64,000 bases of DNA from Scyliorhinus canicula (lineage: Eukaryota). The first letter of the stretch is position 1. The number at the start of each line of letters is the position of its first letter. Location of the stretch: the NCBI RefSeq assembly GCF_902713615.1, contig NC_052159.1, positions 4,972,018 to 5,036,017 of the forward strand. The letters are read 5' to 3'. Shown here in pieces: positions 1 through 11,251 of the stretch. The position numbers were made by a program, and so were the translations under genes. The notes below the pieces were generated by a model. It saw nothing but the letters and a program-made list of their open reading frames with translations, had not been told where the DNA came from and did no database searches.

Positions 1-2800
1 GAGAGGAAGATTGTCCAGATTAGGGCGCAGGATAGGGGCTGGTTTTGACTCAGAAGGTGAATAGGGTATTTAGGGCTTTCTACGAGGAATTATACAGGTT
101 CGAAACACCTCGGGATAATTGGAATATGGTGGAATTTCTGGGGGAGCTGGAGTTTCCCCAGGTGGGGAAGGAGTTGCGGGAAGAACAAGGTGCTCCAATG
201 GAGGAGATCAAGGAGGCCCAATGGGCTCCCAGTGAAATTTTAGAAGAAATTTGTAGATCAGCTGGGCTCTCTGTTGTTGGGGATGTTCAGGGATTCCTTT
301 GAGGGGCCTTGCCAGTCGCTAGGGCAGGCATCGATTTCTCCGCTCCTGAAGAAGGACAAAGGCCCCACAGACTGTGGGTCATATCATCCGATCTCCCTGT
401 TAAATGTGGATACGAAGTTTCTAGCTAAGGTGTTAGCGTTAAGACTGGGTGGAGTATGGTCTCCGGGAGGTGCTGGGGAAAGACCAAATGGGATTTTTAA
501 AGGAGCAGAGGTTGATGGCAAACCGGAGACGGTTATTGAACATGGTTCTTACCACTGGGGAGGGTCTGGTTCCGGAGATCATTGTCCTGCTTGATACGGA
601 GAAAGCATTTGACCGGGTAGAGGGAGATTGCATGTTCACAATACTGGTGAAATTTGGGTTTGGGCCAAAACTCAACAAGCCCGGTGGTAGAGGCCACATT
701 CGAAATTTGAAGACAACTCTGTCAACATTTCAATTTGAAGGCTCCCTCAAGGCTAGCTCCCATCTGTGCAAACCAGTTATTCATGCCTGCTACGCTGAAT
801 GCGAGGATAAGGGAGTGGAAGGAAAAGGGCTGGAGAAGGTAGATTTATTTTTAGAAGTTCGGTTCACTAGCCTGGGGGAGCTGAAGGAGAAATATGGGCT
901 TAATGATGCTGATGGATTCAGGTATCTCCAGGTGCTTAGCTGGGTCAAAATGTCCTTTCCAGCCTTCCCCTTCTACCTTGCTCGAGTGGATTTTATCCTG
1001 CTTGGTGTCAAAGGTGGTCAGTATGTCAAGCATATGCCAGAGGATATTGAGGGAGGAGACGGGCTGGGTTGAGAGAGTGATGGCAGAATGGGGAGAAGAG
1101 CTGGGGTCAATTTTGGAGGAGGAGGAAATTTGGAGTGAGACAGTGAGGAGGGTGAACATGCCCTCATCCTTTCCGAAGTTGAGTCTCTTTCAGTGAAAAG
1201 TCACGAAGGTTAGAACGAGCTGGTTTTTCGATGGGGTGGAGGATAGATGCGATCAAGGCCGAGTAATTAGCGCCCTTCTATACTCCATATACACACACGA
1301 CTGTGTGGCAAAATTTGGCTCCAACTCCATCCACAAGTAAGCTGATGACACAATCATAGCGGGTCAGATCTCAAGCAACGATGAGTCAGAGTGCAGGAGG
1401 GAGATACAGACCCGAGTAACGACAACAATCTATCCCTCAATGCCAGCAAAACTAAGGAGCTGGCCATTAACTTCAAGTATCGTACTGTCTGCATCAATGG
1501 TGCCGAGGTGGAGATTCTCAGCAGCTTCAAATTCCTAGGTATGCACATCACCAAAAACCTGTCCTGGTCCACCCATGTATTTTTAATAAACTTCCAGAGT
1601 ACCCAATTCATTTTTTCCAATTAAGGGGCAATTTTAGTGTGGCCAATCCATCTACTCTGCACATCTTTGGGTTGTGGGGGCGAAACCCACGCAAACACTG
1701 GTCCACCCATGTTGACGCTCCGATCAAGAAAGCACAACAGTGCCTATACTGTCTCAGGAAAATAAGAAAGCTAAGGAAATTCGGCATGTCCACATTGATT
1801 CTTACCAATTTTTACAGATGCACCATATAAAGCATCCTATCTGGTTGCATCTGGCAACTGCTCGGCCCAAGACCATAAGAAACAACAGAGAGTCGTGAAT
1901 ACCCTCCAGTCTATCACCCGGAATCGTCTCCCATCCATTGACTCTGTCTACACCCCCCCCCCCCCCCCCCCCCCCGCTGCCTTGGGAAAGCGGGCAGCAT
2001 AATCAAAGACCCCTCCCACCCGGGATATTCACTCTTCCAATCTGGCAGGAGATACAAAAGTCTGAGAACATGCACCAGCAGATTCAAAATCAGCTTCTTC
2101 CCCGCTGTTACCAGACTCCTAAACGACCCTCTTATGGACTGAACTGAATTCTTCACACATCTTAGCGCTGCATTCTGTATGCTCATCTGATATCTGTGTC
2201 TATGTATTTACATTGTGTATTTATGTATGTCCTATGTTTTTTCATGTATGGAACAATCTGTCTAGACTGTACGCAGAACAATACTTTTCCCTGTACATCG
2301 ATACACGTGACGATAAAACAAATCCAAATCGTTGTTCGAGTGGGCCGACACACCACGCGCACTTGTTCTGCTCATGCTTCAAACTGGAGGGTTTCTGCAG
2401 GTCCTTTTTTGATACCATGTTAGCAATCCTGAACATTGGGTTGGAGCCTTGCACACCGGTAGTAATTCTTCGGTTTTTGGATGTGCCAGAGCTCCGGACA
2501 GGGGCAGACGTTCTGGCGTTTATGGCACGGAGGCAGGTCCTCTTAGTTTGAGTTTGACTGCACCGTCAAATGCCTCGGCGCGGCTGGGGAAGTTTTTGGA
2601 ACTCAGGAAGGTCAGGTTCACCAAGAGAGGGTCAGTGGAAGGGTTTTACCACAGATGGTGGCAGGTTAAGATGTACTTTAAGGAGTTGGTCACTGTTAGC
2701 TGTTGGTGGGGGTGGTTTCGTTTATGCTGTTGGGGAGGGGATTATTTTTGTTATTGTTTGGTTTTTGTAAACTTTGTAACAAAAATTTTAAATTACAAAA
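1..2800 (+). mobile_element. Degenerate L1/Tx1-clade LINE ORF2 fragment (RT to C-terminal Cys/His knuckle), split by a Rex-Babar insertion at ~1262-2330
   Basis: Peptides FRAFYEELY, SYHPISLLNVDTKFLAKVLALRL and LDTEKAFDRVE with frameshifts; C-terminal RCSSGPTHHAHLFCSC resumes at ~2330; A-rich tail near 2790. Confidence 0.75.
1262..2330 (+). mobile_element. Rex1/Babar-type LINE 3' fragment containing a truncated V-SINE (1579-1697) with a 15-bp TSD
   Basis: NNLSLNASKTKELAINF and FKFLGMHITKNLSWSTH motifs; tail ...GTGACGATAAAACAAATCCAAATC; TSD CTGGTCCACCCATGT at 1564-1578 and 1698-1712. Confidence 0.75.
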
Positions 2801-2837
2801 ACAATTGCCAGCCAGTGAATGTTGTGATTTCAAATTG

Positions 2838-3585
2838 AAGGGAGGCAGTGGCTTAGTGATATGGTCACTGGGCTAGTAATCCACATGTCCAAGGTAATGC
2901 TCTGGGGATCGAGGTTCAAATTCCATCGTAGCAGATGGTAAAATTTGAATTCAACAAAACTCTGGAATTAAAAGTTTAATGATGACCATGAAACTATTGT
3001 CTTTTTTAAATTTAGAGTACCCAATTATTTTTTTCCCCAATCAATTTAATGTGACCAATCCACCTACCCTGCACATCTTTGGGTTGTGGGGGTGAGACCC
3101 ACGCAAACACAGGGAGAATGTACAAACTCCACACAGACAGAGAGTGGTGAGCATTTGGAACGGGCTGCCAGAGGCAGTGGGAGAGGCGGGTACAATTTTG
3201 TCCTTTAAAAAGCAGTTAGACAGTTACATGGGCAGGGTGGGTATAGAGGGATATGGGCCAAATGCAGGCAAGCGGGACAAGCTTAGTGATAGAAACTGGG
3301 TGGCAAGGACCAGCTGGGCTGAAGGGCCTGTTTCCATGCTGTAAACATCTATGACAGTGACCCGGATTGGGATCGAACCCAGGAAAACCATTCTCAAATG
3401 TTGTAAAAACCCATCTGGTTCACTAATGTCCTTTAGGGAAGGAAATCTGCCGTCCTTACCCAGTCTGGTTTACATGTGACTACAGATCCGATCCGCAGTA
3501 ATGTGATTGGCTCTAAATATCCTCAGGGATGGGCAATAAGTGCTGGCCCAGTCAGTGATGCCTACATCCCTTAACAAATATATTT
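2838..3585 (+). mobile_element. Non-autonomous bipartite retroelement (5' end and 3' tail of the LINE at 34900-39050) with nested V-SINE and CR1 pieces
   Basis: 2838-3000 and 3395-3515 resemble 34900-35140; 3525-3570 resembles the 3' tail at 38985-39030. Confidence 0.55.
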
Positions 3586-5239
3586 TTAAAATTGGATGTG
3601 GGTGGGAACGGGATTCGTGGACGCTTCTGGTTCTGCCTTCCAAGGGTGAAATTCTACCCATCGATTACTTCCAGAATTTATTGCAGTTTGTCACTATTTT
3701 AAGGTTTTTAAATATGTCTGCACTGCTCTGCCTCAAAGTAATCAAATTCAGCTCCTGCCATCTCCATTTGTAACTCGTCAGCTAACAAGACAGCCTTTCT
3801 GTTGAATCCTGCGTTTCAATCGGGACATGGGTGCATTAAAAGTTTTTAATTATATTATAACTGTCTTAGACAAGAAACAAATGTGCCTGCTATTTTTATT
3901 AATCTATGACATTTGACACTGTTGATCATTCTATTCTTACAAAACATTTGCGTGACATTGGTTTTCATAAGGATTTCCTTGCAGGGTTCACATGAAATTC
4001 CTTTCTAATCATATTCAATGTGTCAAATCCAAATATGAAAGCAAAGCATAATTTGAAAGACCGGCTTGTTTCTGTCCCTCTTACAGTTAAAAAGGGTGAC
4101 CCACAGGGTTCCCGTTTAGGTCCTGTTCTTTTTCTATTTATATAAACAATGTGCTTCAACCAACAGACAGCTCCTTTATCCATCTGTATGCATGTGACAC
4201 AATCTTATATTCTGTAGGCCCGTCCATTCCTTCCCTTTCGCACAATTTGCAACACAGTTTTGCTAATATACAACACACGTTATTTGGTCTTCACTAGCTG
4301 CTAAACTCAACCAAGTCCAAGTTTATGCTGCTTAAAGGAAAAGGTCTTACTCTATCTGTATTCAGAAAATCTTAACGCTCGATAACTCTGAACTTGAGCG
4401 AGTTCCACATAAATATCTCGGAATCTAGCTTGACCATGCTTTGACTTTTAATTCCCAGGTTGACATTTTACAAGCCAAGGTTGGTATTCGGTATCACAAT
4501 AAGTCCTGCTTCACACACTCTACCAGATACACCATAGTGCAAATGTCTACCCTGCCCGTTTTTAGATGACGGTGACCTAATTTATAAAATGGCCCCCAAA
4601 TCTCCCTTGGTGAGTTACACGTTCTGTTTCACTCTGCAATTAAATTTGTGACTAGTGCCCCTTTTCCTACCCATCACTGTGACCTGTGCTCCCCGATAAA
4701 CTGACCCTCGTTGCACCTGTTAATTTATTAAACCTTGCTCGGGAAACATCCTCAATACAATTGTAAAGTGGTTGAAGTATCAGTGGGGAAACATTTTGCA
4801 GTGATCATAACTCCGTTAGATTCAAGATTGTTACGGAAAAGGACAAGGATGGGCCTGAAATTAAAGTTATAAACTGGAAGAAGGCGGATTTAATAAAATG
4901 AGATATAATTTGGCCAGGGATAACTGGGAGCAGACATTTTTAGGTAAATCTGTGACAGAACAGTGGCACGCATTCAAGAAGGAAACAGGGAGAGTTCAGG
5001 GCCAACATGTTTCAATTAAGAATAAGGGTGGGACCAACAAATCCAGTGAACCCTGTATATTGAGGGATATACAGCACTGGATTAGGGGAAAAAGGGAGGC
5101 TGATGGCAGATATCAAGGACACACAACGAATCATAGAATTTACAGTGCAGAAGACCATTCGGCCCATGAAGTCTGCACCGACCCTTGGAAAGTGCGCCGT
5201 ACCTAAGCCCACACCTCTACACTATCCCCGTAACCCCGT

Positions 5240-8078
5240 AGTATTCGGAATAAAGTAAATGAGTTGATGGCGCAAATCATCGTGAATGACTATGATTTAG
5301 TGGCCATTACTGAAACATGGTTAAAGGATGGTCACGACTGGGAGTTAAATATCCGAGGGTATCAAACTATTTGGAAGGACAGAGTGGATGGTAAGGGAGG
5401 TGGTGTAGCTCTGTTATTTAAGGATGACATCCGGGCAATAGTTAGGGATGATATCGATGCTATGATGGATAAGGTTGAATCCATTTGGGTGGAAATCAGG
5501 AATAGTAAGGCGAAAAAGTCACTGATAGGAGTAGTCTATCGGCCACCAAATAGTAACATTATGGTGGGGCAGGCAATAAACAAAGAGATAACTGATGCAT
5601 GTAGAAATGGTACAGCAGTTATCATGGGGGATTTTAATCTACATGTCGATTGGTTTAACCAGGTCGGTCAAGGCAACCTTGAGGAGTTTATAGAATGTAT
5701 CCGCGATAGTTTCCTAGAACAGTATGTAATGGAACCTACGAGGGAACAAGCGGTCCTAGATCTTGTCTTGTGTAATGAAACAGGATTGATTCATGATCTC
5801 ATAGTTAGGGATCCTCTCGGAAGGAGCGATCACAATATGGTGGAATTTAAAATACAGATGGAGGGTGAGAAGGTAAAATCAAATACTAGTGTTTTGTGTT
5901 TAAACAAATGAGATTACAATGGGATGAGAGAAGAACTAGCTAAGGTAGACTGGGAGCAAAGACTTTAAGGTGGAACAGTTGAGGAACAGTGGAGAACCTT
6001 CCAAGCGATTTTTCACAGTGCTCAGCAAAGGTTTATACCCACAAAAAGGAAGGACGGTAGAAAGAGGGAAAATCGACCGTGGATATCTAAGGAAATAAGG
6101 GAGAGTATCAAATTGAAGGAAAGAGCATACAAAGTGGCAAAGATTGGTGGGAGACTAGAGGACTGGGAAATATTTACGGGGCAACAGAAAGCTACTAAAA
6201 AAGCTATAAAGAAGAGTAAGATAGAGTATGAGAGTAAACTTGCTCACAATATAAAAACAGACAGCAAAACATTTTACAAATATATAAAGCAAAAAAAGAG
6301 TGGCTAAGGTAAATATTGGTTTTAATAATGGGAGATGAGGAAATGGCTGAGGAACTGAACAGGTTTTTTGGGTCTGTCTTCACAGTGGAAGACACAAATA
6401 ACATGCCAGTGACTGATAGAAATGAGATTATGACAGGTGATGACCTTGAGAGGATTGTTATCACTAAGGAGGTAGTGATGGGCATGCTAATGGGGCTAAA
6501 GGTAGACAAGTCTCCTGGCCCTGATGGAATGCATCCCAGAGTGCTAAAAGAGATGGCTAGGGAAATTGCAGATGCACTAGTGATGATTTACCAAAATTCA
6601 CTAGACTCTGGGGTGGTCCCGGTGGATTGGAAATTAGCAAACGTGACACCACTGTTTAAAAAAGGAGGTAGGCAGAGAGCAGGAAATTATAGGCCAGTGA
6701 GCTTAACATCGGTAGTAGGGAAGATGCTGGAATCTATCATCAAGGAAGAAATAGCGAGGCATCTGGATAGAAATTGTCCCATTGGGCAGACGCAGCATGG
6801 GTTCATAAAGGGCAGGTCGTGCCTAACTAATTTAGTGGAATTTTTTGAGGACATTACCAGTGCAGTAGATAACAGGGAGCCAATGGATGTGGGATATATG
6901 GATTTCCAGAAAGCTTTTGACAAGGTGCCACACAAAAGGCTGCTGCAGAAGATAAAGATGCATGGCATTAAGGGTAAAGTAGTAGCATGGATAGAGGATT
7001 GGTTAATTAATAGAAAGCAAAGTGTGGGGATTAATGGGTGCTTCTCTGGTTGGCAATCAGTAGCTAGTGGTGTCCCTCAGGGATCCGTGTTGGGCCCACA
7101 ATTGTTCGCAATCTACATAGATGATTTAGAGTTGGGGACCAAGGGCAATGTGTCCAAGTTTGCAGATGACACTAAGATGAGTGGGAAAGCGAAAAGTGCA
7201 GAGGATACTGGAAGTCTGCAGAGGGATTTGGATAGGTTAAGTTAATGGGCTAGGGTCTGGCAAATGGAATACAATGTTGACAAATGTGAGGTTATCCATT
7301 TTGGTAGGAATAACAGCAAATGGGATTATTATTTAAACAACAAAATATTAAAGCATGCTGCTGTGCAGAGAGACCTGGGTGTGCTAGTGCATGAGTCACA
7401 GAAAGTTGGTTTACAGGTGCGACAGGTGATTAAGAAGGCAAATGGAATTTTGTCCTTCATTGCTCGAGGGATGGAGTTTAAGACTAGGGAGTTATGCTGC
7501 AATTGTATAAGGTGTTACTGAGGCCACACCTGGAGTATTGTGTTCAGTTTTGGTCTCCTTACTTGAGAAAGGACGTACTGGCATTGGAGGGTGTGCAGAG
7601 GAGATTCACGAGGTTAATCCCAGAGCTGAAGGGGTTGGATCATGAGGAGAGGTTGAGTAGACTGGGACTGTACTCGTTGGAATTTAGAAGGATGAGGGGG
7701 GATCTTATCGAAACATTTAAAATTATGAAGGGAATAGATAGGATAGATGCGGGCAGGTTGTTTCCACTGGCGGGTGAAAACAGAACTAGGGGGCATAGCC
7801 TCAAAATAAGGGGAAGTAGATTTAGGACTGAGTTTAGGAGGAACTTCTTCACCCAAAGGGTTGTGAATCTATGGAATTCCTTGCCCAGTGAAGCAGTTGA
7901 GGCTCCTTCATTAAATGTTTTTTAAGGTAAAGATAGATAGTTTTTTAAAGAAAAAAGGGATTAAGGGTTATGGTGTTTGGGCCGGAAAGTGGAGCTGAGT
8001 CCACAAAAGATCAGCCATGATCTCATTGAATGGTGGAGCAGGCTACCAGATGGCCTACTCCTGCTCCGAGTTCTTATG
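5240..8078 (+). mobile_element. Young CR1 (HER1-like) LINE, nearly complete ORF2 (APE endonuclease + RT) broken by stops and frameshifts
   Basis: DLVAITETWL, YRPP, GDFN and SDHN (EN); NYRPVSLTS, GVPQGSVLGP, KFADDTK and LEYCVQFWSP (RT); 3' tail CCTACTCCTGCTCCGAGTTCTTATG; inserted within a minus-strand V-SINE. Confidence 0.92.
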
Positions 8079-8079
8079 T

Positions 8080-8575
8080 AACCTAAAGGCAATGTAGCAT
8101 AGCCGATCCACCAAACCTGCACAACTTGAACTGTGGGAGGAAACCGAAGCACCCGGAGGAAACCCACGCAGACACGGGGAGAACATGCAGACTCTGCACA
8201 GACAGTGACCCAAGCCGGCAATCAAACCTGGGACCCTGGAGCTGTGAAGCAACAGTGCTAACCACTGTGCTACCGTGCCAACCATAGTAATAATCTTTAT
8301 TATTGTCACAAGTAGGCTTACATTAACACTGCAATAAAGATACTGTGAAAAGCCCCTAGTTGCCACACTCCCGCACCTGTTTGGTTATGCAGAGGCAGAA
8401 TTCAGAATGTTCAAATTACATAACAGCACGTCTTTCGGGACTTGTGGCAGGAAACCCACACAGACACGGGGAGAACGTGCAGACTCCACACAGGCAGTGA
8501 CCCAAGCGGGAATCGAACCTGGGACCCTGGTGCTGTGAAGCGACTGTGCTAACCAGTGTTACCGTGCCACCCCAG
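8080..8575 (-). mobile_element. Two V-SINE (HE1-like) copies
   Basis: tRNA-like head GGCACGGTAGCACAGTGGTTAGCACTG and V-domain TCTCCCCGTGTCTGCGTGGGTTTCC on the minus strand. Confidence 0.8.
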
Positions 8576-9834
8576 GATTATTTAAGAAAAGGGGCAGGAG
8601 GTTTAGAGGGGATGTGAGCAAAACTTTTTTCACCCAGAGGATGGTAGGAATCTGGAACTCACTGCATGAAAGGGCGGTGAAGGCAGAGACCGGCATAACA
8701 TTTAAGAAGTATTTAGATGTGCACTTGCAATGCCAAGGCAGACAAGGCTATGGGTCAAGTGCTGGAAGATGGGATTTGAATACTTAGGTGGTTGTTTTTT
8801 GCCACTGATTTTTTGCAGGCGCAATGGGCCAAAGGGCATTTTCAATGCTGTAAACTTTTTTTTACGGTCTCATCTTATAATGGGAGGTCATGTGACTTGA
8901 TCAAATTGGTAACTCCAAGAGTGAACGCTGTCTTTGGTTATAATTAATATCTGGAGTCAGGTACAACTAAAGCTGAAGCTAAGTTTATTCCTGTGGATGC
9001 TTTGCGTCGAAGAGCTACGGCTCCGTTGACGGACACTTGTTAAACTGTCAATTCTCTTTCACTGTTAATTAGTGTTTTATTGTTTTTAGTGTTTAATTGT
9101 TGTGTCATTTCTGTCACTGCAACCTTAGCCTCTTGGCCAGATCATTAATGTAAATGAGCATTGGTTCTCAATAGAATCACCTGGCTCAATAAAGGTTAAA
9201 TAAAATATGCCCATATTCCTTCAGCATAACATGCTGTGGTTTGTGTTTGAACACAAGATGCCATTTGCCTGATTCACAACAACAACAGTTTCAATGAAAT
9301 GCACCACAGACCCTGATCATGTGCAGCAACTGTTCCATTCAATTTATAACTCCAATGTTTAGCCTCCTCTTCCTCCCAGAGTTCTGAGAATTGTTTTCAA
9401 GCAGAATATCAAAACCAATAGTAGAATGGAAAAGTAAGTTTCTATTTTTAAACCAAGGTACAGAATATTAAGAGTAGGGAGGTTATGACGGTGCTGTATA
9501 AAATGTTGGTTACGCCATAACTGGAGTAGTGTGCGCAGTTCTGGTCACCACACTATAAGAAGGATGTGATTGCACTAGAAAGATGTAGAAATTTACCAGA
9601 AGATGCCTCGGCTGGAGCGTTTCAGCCATCAAAGGAGACTGGTTAAGCTAGGGTTGTTTTCCTTGGAATGGGGAGGGGGCACAAAGGCTGATTAATTACA
9701 AAATTATGAAGGGCATATACAAGGTTGATCGGAAGGAGCTTTTCCCCTTAGTTGAGGGGTGAATAACCGGGGGGGCAGAGATTTAGAGAGGAAAGCTTTT
9801 TCACCCAGGGAATCTGGAACTCACTACCTGAAAG

Positions 9835-10250
9835 AGTGAAATGAAAAATGAAAATCACATATTGTCACGAGTAGGCTTCAATGAAGTTACTGTGAAAAGC
9901 CCCTAGTCGCCACATTCCGGCACCTGTCCGGGGAGGCTGTACAGGAATCGAACCGTGCTGCTGGCCTGCTTTAAAAGCCAGCGATTTAGCCCGGTGAGCT
10001 AAACCAGCCCCTGGAGTGGACCAGAGTGGAACAGGCAGGAACCAACACAACATTAAAAAAACTATTTAAATAACCTCTTGCAATGCCATAGCAAACAAAG
10101 CTGCAGACCAAATTAAATGAAAATGGCTTATTGTCACAAGTAGGCTTCAAATGAAGTAGGCCACATTCAACAGTAGTCTGTTCAGGGAGGCTGGTACGGG
10201 AATTGAACCTGCACTCTTGGTCTTGTTCTGCTTTACCAGCCAGCCCCTAA
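9835..10250 (-). mobile_element. Two copies of a ~190-bp tRNA-head SINE with a (TTTCA)n tail
   Basis: Same sequence as the intact + copy at 24708-24893; further copies at ~29293, 33990, 36210, 38168 and 59641. Confidence 0.75.
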
Positions 10251-10757
10251 TGGGATTAGGATAGGTGCTTGATGGCCATCCCAGATACGATGGGCCGAAG
10301 GGTTCTTTTCCATGCTGGAAAAGCTCAGAATCACAAAGACATTCAAAACAGGACACCGGCCAAATCAGATGAAGAACCAGAGTGGCCAGCATAAAACTGG
10401 CCACCCTAATAGGGAGGAGCTGTTTGCATTGGTGGGAGCCAGAGGGAAAAGTTATTGCTGAACAGGGTGGGTGGTTGGGATCTGCAATGTTCTGCCCGTG
10501 TGTGTGTGTGTGTGTGGAGTGGGCAGCTTCAAATCCAGGGACTGAAAAGCAGATTGGACAATTATCTGAGCAGGAGGGGGGAGTAGCACCAGGTGGCCTG
10601 CTCCCTCAGAGGGCCAACACTGAGGAGACGGGCCGAATGGCGCCCGTGCTCGAGCGAGGCCGCAGACCAGCCAATGGGACAGGCTGTTTGGGCTGAATGG
10701 CCTCCCCCACCACAATCTTAACCTCTCATTTCACCACAAACACGATTTGCCTCTTAC

Positions 10758-10830
10758 CGAGCAGGCCCCGACTAGGCCGCACATCCTCGGCTTTTATTTT
10801 ATTCCCCCCTCCGCGGGCTCTGACGTCAGT
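10758..10830 (-). other. Candidate non-coding first exon of the divergent gene (NUMA1 by mammalian synteny); 5' boundary uncertain
   Basis: Minus-strand donor TCG|GTAAGA at 10758/10757 on the left edge of the CpG island; identity is inferred from synteny only. Confidence 0.35.
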
Positions 10831-11106
10831 GGCTTTTCAAATGCCAGCCCCGCCTCTCCGCGCTGCGCCACCATTGGCTCAGGGCGCGACACGTGACCCA
10901 ACATCCGGGGCCGTCCCCAACATCCGGGCACTCCACCTGTCTCTTTGCCTCGCTCCCAACCCGCGCAGGCAACGTCATCAACATCCGGGTAATGTTCCCG
11001 CCTTCACCCATCCGGGTAATTCTGCTCCTGTCTGAATGGCCTCACCGCCCCCCAATCCGGGTACGAGCGTGATGAGGTCACGCGCAAACAAGCGGTGCCA
11101 GCCGCC

Positions 11107-11142
11107 ATGGTGGCCGCTGCGTCAGGAACGCCGCCGGTGTAG
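11107..11142 (+). promoter_or_regulatory. Upstream ORF (MVAAASGTPPV*) in perfect Kozak context
   Basis: GCCGCCATGG...TAG ends 11 nt before the predicted LRRC51 ATG. Confidence 0.5.
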
Positions 11143-11153
11143 AGAAAGCCGCC

Positions 11154-11251
11154 ATGTTATCCGAAGAGGCGGTGTCCCCAGATGTCCTGAGCTGGATTGC
11201 GGACCTCCAGGAGCAAAATACCCTACCGTCGACGTCGCGTGATATCGCCGG
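11154..11251 (+). CDS. LRRC51: LRRC51 coding exon 1 (MLSEEAVSPDVLSWIADLQEQNTLPSTSRDIAG)
   Basis: GCCGCCATG start; open frame to donor GG|GTGAGT; phase 2 matches the exon 2 acceptor, and exon 2 has no in-frame ATG. Confidence 0.7.

Larger units (their letters stand above)
3780..9205 (+). mobile_element. Old L2-like LINE remnant (3780-4760 and 8860-9205) interrupted by CR1/SINE insertions
   Basis: DTVDHSILTKHLRDIGF and PQGSRLGPVLFLF RT-like motifs; 3' tail CTTGGCCAG...GTAAATGAG...ACCTGGCTCAATAAAGGTTAAATAAAA. Confidence 0.55.
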
